Assembly (NCBI GenBank): GCA_964016885.1
Contig: OZ024743.1
Span: 62,000,001 to 62,064,000, forward strand
Reading direction: 5' to 3'
Origin: Eledone cirrhosa
Lineage: Eukaryota
DNA length: 64,000 nucleotides
Shown here: in pieces, positions 55,630 through 64,000 of the stretch
How positions within the stretch are numbered: position 1 is the first letter of the stretch
Layout: each line of letters opens with the position of its first letter
Made by a program: the position numbers and the translations under genes
Notes under the pieces: model-generated
The model's database searches: none
Told to the model about the DNA's origin: nothing
What the model saw: only the letters and a program-made list of their open reading frames with translations

Positions 55630-55840
55630 TAAATAAAACACTTTTTGTACAGCCGATCATGTTATTCTTCACTCTTTCACTATTATTACTCCAAGAATGA
55701 CCTGCATGGGAATTCTCGCAAACTCGCTACCTAACTAAGGAAACCTCTTGTTGAATCAAACAATGCCGTACATTAAAACTAGCCATAGTACAACCTACTC
55801 CCAACCTCTAACTGGATTACCTTAAACGATAACTTGTTAT

Positions 55841-55903
<63 letters not shown>

Positions 55904-56001
55904 ACACAATATATATATATAATGTATGTGGACATATATATATGTATACATATATATATGTGTGTGTATATGTGTGTATGTGTGCGCGCGTGTGTATGTG
56001 T

Positions 56002-56043
<42 letters not shown>

Positions 56044-56109
56044 TTTAATATAGAAATTGCTTCTACGTGACTAGAACTGATTCAATCGAAGGAAATCATC
56101 AGAAAGAGC

Positions 56110-56155
56110 TTTCCTGATGATTTACTTCGAATGAAACAGTTCAATCCTGTAGAAG
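56110..56155 (+). ncRNA. Hammerhead in fold-back element 56043-56240
   Basis: TTTC-CTGATGA-tTTa cttc gAAt-GAAACAG ttcaatc CTGTA-GAAG; mirrored core TCATCAG at 56096-56102. Confidence 0.65.
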
Positions 56156-56248
56156 CCATTTGTATATTAAATCCTGTATACTCTACTATGTATTGAATAC
56201 CCTACTTACTGTGGTTACTCCCGATTATAACTGGGATATACATATATA

Positions 56249-56294
<46 letters not shown>

Positions 56295-56528
56295 AAATGT
56301 GTGAGATCCTTGGTACAGTTAGGTATATTTGAAAAAAAGAAAAAGAATGACTTCTTTTCCTTTTTTTCAAATATATATATATATATATATAGAAATGGTA
56401 ACACAACAGTAGTTCACCATACCTCGGTATGGTGAACTAACTGTTGTGTTACTACTTCTACCAAACTCGTCCCATGGACTGAGTGCTCTACCACTACGGA
56501 TATTACCTTCCTGTGTTCTACCTCTCTC

Positions 56529-56567
<39 letters not shown>

Positions 56568-56682
56568 ATATATATACTCTCCACGCCTAATTTCTGTCTC
56601 CCTTATCTATTATCTATATTGATATAGCTATATCCTCCTCCTAGCTATACATCATCATCTATAGTGTGTGTGTGTGTGTGTA

Positions 56683-56784
<102 letters not shown>

Positions 56785-57776
56785 TTATTGAAGCCATAGT
56801 TGTACGAAAGTAGCTATGAATCGTCATCTAAATTAACCCGATCAACACTCAAAGAATTCATTGTTTCAGAGTGGCACTTGATAATTCGATTTTGAAAAGA
56901 CAGTGAAAAGAAAACATAGACAAGATAAAAAGCGTGCCGCCTCGGGCACAGTCCTCAGATGGGCGCGTTACTGAACCTTAATATATCCCAGTTTTATACA
57001 GATTTGTATAATAATTTTGATACGTAACAGCAGCACTGTGAAAATATCCAATGTGGACGAGTGGTAATGTATGGCATTATGATGTGGCATGAGTGTGTGT
57101 GTGGACTGTGCTGTAGAAACTGCAGGCTTAGTAATTATATTTTTATAGTAGATGTTTACTTTAAGATTTCAATGAAGCTAGTAATATCGGCGAAACTTTG
57201 AAGTAAAAAGTCACTGTTAATAATAAATATGATATATATTATATAAATGAGTGTGTGTGTGGAGAGAGAGAGGGGGGTAGAGAGAGAAGGAAGGGAGAGA
57301 GAGGGGGGAGGGAGAGAGAGAGAGCAGGCTGAGGCAGACAGACAGGAAGATAGGCAGACAGGCAGACAAATGAGCAAACAGACAGATACACAAACAGACA
57401 TATAGACAGTCAGATAGATGAAATACACACCACTTCGCTTCTACATAGAATAGAGTCAAAAAGCCTTCTAGTGATCCCAACAGAGTAATAATTCTTCCAA
57501 AGAAGTCATTCTTTTGGGGCCATTACATTGGATACCTCCCAGTTCACTGATGAAATTAAAGGGTTTAGGGAACATAGCTGGGAATATTAATCTACTGGGT
57601 TAACAATAAGTATATTCCAGGGAATCTACTGCACATCCACTGTGTTCCCTAGTCAAAAGAGAGCTATAGCCTGGTGTCCTATCGGCGATGTGTATCTCGC
57701 GGATGATGCAACACTGTTCACAGTTCATAGATCCCATAGCGTTACTATTCCTGAGGTATTTATGCATACACATATG

Positions 57777-57870
<94 letters not shown>

Positions 57871-57993
57871 TGTATGTATAGTATATTTGGCAATATACCG
57901 TATGTTTAATAAAAAAACATTTAGAAGACCATACGCTATCAGTTTTAAAGTAGTGACTATGTAACTTACTTCATTTCGGCGAAAGAAGGGAGA

Positions 57994-58039
57994 GGAGCTG
58001 ACAGTCTGTTTCACCCTGGTTGGCGTTCATCAGAGCACC
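57994..58039 (-). ncRNA. Type I hammerhead in a truncated relative (57870-58045) of the 310/318 bp families
   Basis: GGtGCT-CTGATGA-ACgCC aacca GGGT-GAAACA gac TGTC-AGCtCC; flank CATTTAGAAGACCATACGCTAT..AAGTAGTGAC matches 49141-49180. Confidence 0.78.
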
Positions 58040-58043
58040 AATC

Positions 58044-58106
<63 letters not shown>

Positions 58107-58158
58107 CCACTGCATTTTAAGTTACCTTAAATAGCAACTACACAACCATTTCTATTCT

Positions 58159-58247
<89 letters not shown>

Positions 58248-58531
58248 TATATTTGTGGGTCGAGAGACTCTCATAGTCTTCATTAATAACGTCTTTATAG
58301 GAGAAGGTTACTCTGATATAAAACCTGCGACTTCGAAAAACTTCAAGCACAGGCATTGCATGATATGTGACATTTTTGGCGATACATGGCATGGCTGTCC
58401 ATGGCATTGCTGGCCATAGACAAGTCCGTAACAGGATTAAAAAGCCACGTCAGTAATGTTCATGCTTAAGTATCAAGCGATGGCATTACTCGAAATCGAG
58501 ATACAGCCATCATCATCATCATATATATATA

Positions 58532-58573
<42 letters not shown>

Positions 58574-59349
58574 AAGTTATATTTAAAATTGTTGGGTTAC
58601 AACTAGTAAATATTTATAACTGATATAAAAGCACTCGACAAATATTTGGAGTATATTTACAATATTAAATAATAAATAATTCTTTCACATATTAAATAAT
58701 AAATAATTCTTTCACAGATCCAAGTAAAAAATCTTCAACGGCACTATCAGGCGTACTCTGGCAACTTAAGCTAGATAACGTTAGATATTCGACGGCTTGG
58801 AATATAGTCTCAAGAGGGATTCCTTTTAATTCATCCTCTGAGGCATGTGACCTCTGCGCAGAGGAGATATTCTTTATACTAAAATCTAAAAATTCCCTTA
58901 ACCTACGGACAAATTTATTCAGTTGTTGCAAACATAGATTAAACTCAACGTTTAAATATAAATTTAAATTTAAAATGTAGTATATTTAGTTTGATTTATA
59001 TTTATATGGGAAACTAGCCGATAAATTTTTTGATTCCTAAATCTTTGATTCCCTCTTTTTACTCTTTTTTTATTGTTTATTTTTATTTTATTTTTATCTA
59101 ATCTAAACATTCCTCATAAAAAATTAAGCTACCCTAAAAGCTGATGCTCCAAATTTTTTGAATTAACCTTACACTAGATAAACTTCTATATTAAATATAA
59201 GAACATATTTAGACCTAATTGGACATCATAATCTTTTTGAAATGATCTTTACTAGATGTGATTTGATAGATAATTTTTGGCTTTGTCTTGTAATGAACTT
59301 GGCAATATATTGTCAATTAACTTTGAAGGGTTGTTCTTTGTGGTTTATT

Positions 59350-59510
59350 TTTATTTTTTTTATTTATTTTTATTTTTATTTTTATTTTTATTTTTATTTT
59401 TATTTTTATTTTTATTTTTATTTTTATTTTTATTTTTATTTTTATTTTTATTTTTATTTTTATTTTTATTTTTATTTTTATTTTTATTTTTATTTTTATT
59501 TTTATTTTTA

Positions 59511-59541
<31 letters not shown>

Positions 59542-59545
59542 TTTT
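59350..59545. repeat. (TTTTTA)n hexamer repeat
   Basis: Seen directly. Confidence 0.97.
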
Positions 59546-60559
59546 ATTATTGTAGTATTCTATAATATTTTTTATTTTTTATTTTTAATATCTTTAATAT
59601 GTAAATTTTTAATACGTAATATTTTTTAATACGTAGTATTTTTAATATGTAATATTTTTATTATGTAATATTCTTTCGTAATATTTTTTAGTTTTCTATT
59701 CTATATTTTTACTTATTATTATTATTTTTATTTTTAGTTTTGTTTATAATATATATTTTTATTTTTATTTTTTTATTAGTATATTGAAATCTGCTCTCTA
59801 TTTCTGCTTGATAGATAATCTTGTAGAGTTATGACAGGAATAATAATACGCTCAAATTTTTATACCACATTGAGAATGTTTTCCGTGAACTTAGAGTTTG
59901 CAGAGTGAATCAGTTGGATTCGCATGGATGTTTGTAGCTGTCACATAAACATATGAATTTTTTTAAAACTAAACATAAGATAATTAATTTTCACACATTA
60001 TGGATACTTGTCTCATTCAGGAATACTGATATTTACAATATAGTGTAAGTTTTATAAATACTAATACATTAAAACATAGGGTTTTTGCGCCTCGAATATG
60101 TCTGGCTATTTTAAAATTTTTTTTCTGTCGCTATTTTTTCCTCTCTCTATATTTTTTTCTCTCTATATATCTCCCTTACATTAATACCTGAGCTAAATAA
60201 ATAAATAAATAAATAAATGTATCATTGATACATTTACTCAAAATGACCTCCCACTACCTAATTTTCTATATATATATGTATCTATCTCTATTTCCTCTCT
60301 CTATATATATGTCTCTTTCTGTTTCTTTACATGAAGTTCTTCGCTTTATCTATCTTTCCATCTCTCTATTTTGTTCCATGCATTTCTTCTTTTTCTTTTT
60401 CTTCTTTTTCTTCCTTTTCTTCGTTTTGTCTTTCTTTCTTTTTTCTCTCTTTCTTTCTCTCTGTATAAAATTTTTTCACTGCCAGCGTAAACCTCTTCAA
60501 ATGAAGTCGGTGTTATTACGGTATGTCGAATCTATTTATCTATAAAACTGTTTATATTG

Positions 60560-60625
60560 TATTTTGTCTGATGAAGGCATAGCATATTGTTAATATGATA
60601 TCCCCGAAATATATATAATGAAATA
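60560..60625 (+). ncRNA. Type I hammerhead ribozyme (family shared with 47991)
   Basis: TATTTTGT-CTGATGA-aGG.ATA.CATATT..AATATG.TAT.CC-GAAATATATATA-ATGAAATA; same downstream tail AATAAATATGGTTTTATAAATATAG. Confidence 0.72.
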
Positions 60626-60665
60626 AATATGGTTTTATAAATATAGTTTTCCATTTATTTAATAT

Positions 60666-60696
<31 letters not shown>

Positions 60697-60817
60697 ATAT
60701 AGACATAGAATATTCGAAAATATTCTGTATGTTTATAATAAACATTTTGAAGACCTAATCGCTATAGAATAGAATACGTCACGTATTACAATTAGATTCT
60801 CGATAAAAGCAAGGGAA

Positions 60818-60860
60818 GTAATCTACGCGTTTCATTCTTGTTAGAAATCTTCAGGACTAC
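60818..60860 (-). ncRNA. Minimal type I hammerhead (identical copies 61128-61170, 61438-61480, 61748-61790)
   Basis: GTAGTC-CTGAAGA-tTTCT aaca AGAAt-GAAAC gc GTA-GATTAC on minus. Confidence 0.88.
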
Positions 60861-62119
60861 ATATCCAGTGCTTTTATCGAGAATGACACAGCTAGAGACT
60901 TATAGAATACTTAGCTGTGTACAGGAACTGGTTTGAAAGAGCGGTTGCCGGTCCGGCAGAAATTAGAAATTGGAATAAATGCTCTGAAATAGCGATATAT
61001 ATGTGAATATAGACATAGAATATTCGAAAATATTCTGTATGTTTATAATAAACATTTTGAAGACCTAATCGCTATAGAATAGAATACGTCACGTATTACA
61101 ATTAGATTCTCGATAAAAGCAAGGGAAGTAATCTACGCGTTTCATTCTTGTTAGAAATCTTCAGGACTACATATCCAGTGCTTTTATCGAGAATGACACA
61201 GCTAGAGACTTATAGAATACTTAGCTGTGTACAGGAACTGGTTTGAAAGAGCGGTTGCCGGTCCGGCAGAAATTAGAAATTGGAATAAATGCTCTGAAAT
61301 AGCGATATATATGTGAATATAGACATAGAATATTCGAAAATATTCTGTATGTTTATAATAAACATTTTGAAGACCTAATCGCTATAGAATAGAATACGTC
61401 ACGTATTACAATTAGATTCTCGATAAAAGCAAGGGAAGTAATCTACGCGTTTCATTCTTGTTAGAAATCTTCAGGACTACATATCCAGTGCTTTTATCGA
61501 GAATGACACAGCTAGAGACTTATAGAATACTTAGCTGTGTACAGGAACTGGTTTGAAAGAGCGGTTGCCGGTCCGGCAGAAATTAGAAATTGGAATAAAT
61601 GCTCTGAAATAGCGATATATATGTGAATATAGACATAGAATATTCGAAAATATTCTGTATGTTTATAATAAACATTTTGAAGACCTAATCGCTATAGAAT
61701 AGAATACGTCACGTATTACAATTAGATTCTCGATAAAAGCAAGGGAAGTAATCTACGCGTTTCATTCTTGTTAGAAATCTTCAGGACTACATATCCAGTG
61801 CTTTTATCGAGAATGACACAGCTAGAGACTTATAGAATACTTAGCTGTGTACAGGAACTGGTTTGAAAGAGCGGTTGCCGGTCCGGCAGAAATTAGAAAT
61901 TGGAATAAATGCTCTGAAATAGCGATATATATGTGAATATAGACATAGAATATTCGAAAATATTCTGTATGTTTATAATAAACATTTTGAAGACCTAATC
62001 GCTATAGAATAGAATACGTCACGTATTACAATTAGATTCTCGATAAAACCAGTTCCTGTACACAGCTAAGTATTCTATAAGTCTCTAGCTGTGTCATTCT
62101 CGATAAAAGCACTGGATAT

Positions 62120-62162
62120 GTAGTCCTGAAGATTTCTAACAAGAATGAAACGCGTAGATTAC
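62120..62162 (+). ncRNA. Minimal type I hammerhead (second copy 62430-62472)
   Basis: GTAGTC-CTGAAGA-tTTCT aaca AGAAt-GAAAC gc GTA-GATTAC. Confidence 0.88.
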
Positions 62163-62625
62163 TTCCCTTGCTTTTATCGAGAATCTAATTGTAATACGTG
62201 ACGTATTCTATTCTATAGCGATTAGGTCTTCAAAATGTTTATTATAAACATACAGAATATTTTCGAATATTCTATGTCTATATTCACATATATATCGCTA
62301 TTTCAGAGCATTTATTCCAATTTCTAATTTCTGCCGGACCGGCAACCGCTCTTTCAAACCAGTTCCTGTACACAGCTAAGTATTCTATAAGTCTCTAGCT
62401 GTGTCATTCTCGATAAAAGCACTGGATATGTAGTCCTGAAGATTTCTAACAAGAATGAAACGCGTAGATTACTTCCCTTGCTTTTATCGAGAATCTAATT
62501 GTAATACGTGACGTATTCTATTCTATAGCGATTAAGTCTTCAAAATGTTTATTATAAACATACAGAATATTTTCGAATATTCTATGTCTATATTCACATA
62601 TATATCGCTATTTCAGAGCATTTAT

Positions 62626-62764
<139 letters not shown>

Positions 62765-62924
62765 ATACGCACAAATATTTAGTTCAAGAATAAGCCATAC
62801 AAACACAGATATATGAGTGTGTGATCATGTTTGTGTCCATGTCGTGGTTTTAACTCGTAACATACTACTTTTACAATAAAGAGATCAATAAAATGTACTG
62901 GCATCGATGTGATTGACTAAAGTC

Positions 62925-63262
62925 CCGTTAAGGTTTTGCTCCATGGCCGCAGTCTAATGACTGAAACCAGCAAAACAGTAAACGGGTAAAGTAGATTAGT
63001 CTCTAAGAGACATAGACATTGTAATGAGTAAAATGTATTTAAGGCTGTGCCCCAGCATGGCCGCTATCTAATGACTGAAATCAATAAAAAGTAAAAAAGT
63101 ATCGCAGGCTATAGTCTCTGAAATGGACACAGAGACATTGTAATAAGTACTTGGATCTAGAATTTATTTAAGGTGGTGCTCCAATATGGCCGCTATATAA
63201 TGACTGAAACCAGTAAAAGGATAAAGTAGGTTAAAGACTCTAGCATAGATACACATTGTAAT
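62925..63262 (+). repeat. Three tandem ~120 bp units built on a SINE-like 3' end
   Basis: ATGGCCGC....TAATGACTGAAA.CA..AAAA...ACATTGTAAT repeated three times. Confidence 0.75.
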
Positions 63263-64000
63263 GTCGGTTAAACAGATAAAACTCATTAAATATTCAAGAG
63301 AATTTGAAACCCATAAAAGGGATACAGTTAGAAAAATATTACATATACCGACATGTTTTATATTCACTCTCACGTGAGACAAAAGGGATCGTTTTTTGCT
63401 TTTGGGAAATATTTATAGTGCTAATTACAGGTAAATGAACTTCAATAGAACAACTTTTCTATGTTTGATGTTCGTATTGCTATTGTTGTTGTTACTTGCC
63501 CTTCTACAATCCCCAGTCCCTTCCTCCACTTCATATCCCTCTAATGTAACTTATATCATTTGACCAAATTTCAAAACAGGTTTCATTACAACTTCAAGCA
63601 GACGGACCCCGGACCCACTGGGGTTAATATTATAAGTAGTAGTAGTAGTAGTAGTAGTAGTTGTAGTAGTAGTAGTAGTAGTAGTAGCAGTGGTAGTAGT
63701 AGTAGTTGTAGTAGTAGTAACATCACCACCATCATCGTTGTTATTTTTCTTCTTGTTTGCTGAGAACACTCACGTTTCACACAGCACATATTAGAAAATA
63801 TTTTTTTCCCTGATTATTTGAGGGAAAATTATTTTTTTCCTTCTCTTCACGAACAAAGGGCTTCAGATAATTTAAACGTCTACCTCATTACCGTTGGTTA
63901 GAAAATAGGATACATCCTTAAACATTTCTATTGAACACGTATGTTTTTGTAAACATCCATTTTGCTTTAATTATTACTAGTTCAATATTGCCCCATCTGA

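Larger units (their letters stand above)
55220..55830. mobile_element. Fold-back element with ~190 bp arms and an internal ~70 bp tandem duplication
   Basis: 55220-55412 reverse-complements to 55488-55683; 55418-55487 duplicates the start of the right arm. Confidence 0.85.

Noticed and set aside
58690-59990. Minus-strand coding-like AT-rich stretch, possibly a Penelope N-terminus
   Set aside because: Many stops and no recognisable motif

Overview
Eukaryotic, AT-rich, microsatellite-saturated DNA with no supportable intact host gene. The SINE families and (TA)n/(GT)n density suggest an octopus genome (inference). Almost all listed ORFs are microsatellite artefacts. Real coding remnants are transposon-derived: two Penelope-like retroelements (RT and GIY-YIG), RTE-type LINE ends, mariner, a probable Chapaev3 transposase inside a hAT element, and a short non-autonomous Gypsy-type LTR element nested in a palindromic MITE. 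The main signal is about 30 type I hammerhead ribozyme (HHR) motifs, read and folded by eye, in roughly ten families of short elements that sit in or next to (TA)n and are usually folded back head-to-head. They include retrozyme-like tandem arrays with 310, 318 and 428 bp units. Non-canonical cores occur: a compensatory U3-A8 core in two different families and a U4C core with a long stem II insertion. No cleavage activity or database matches could be tested here.
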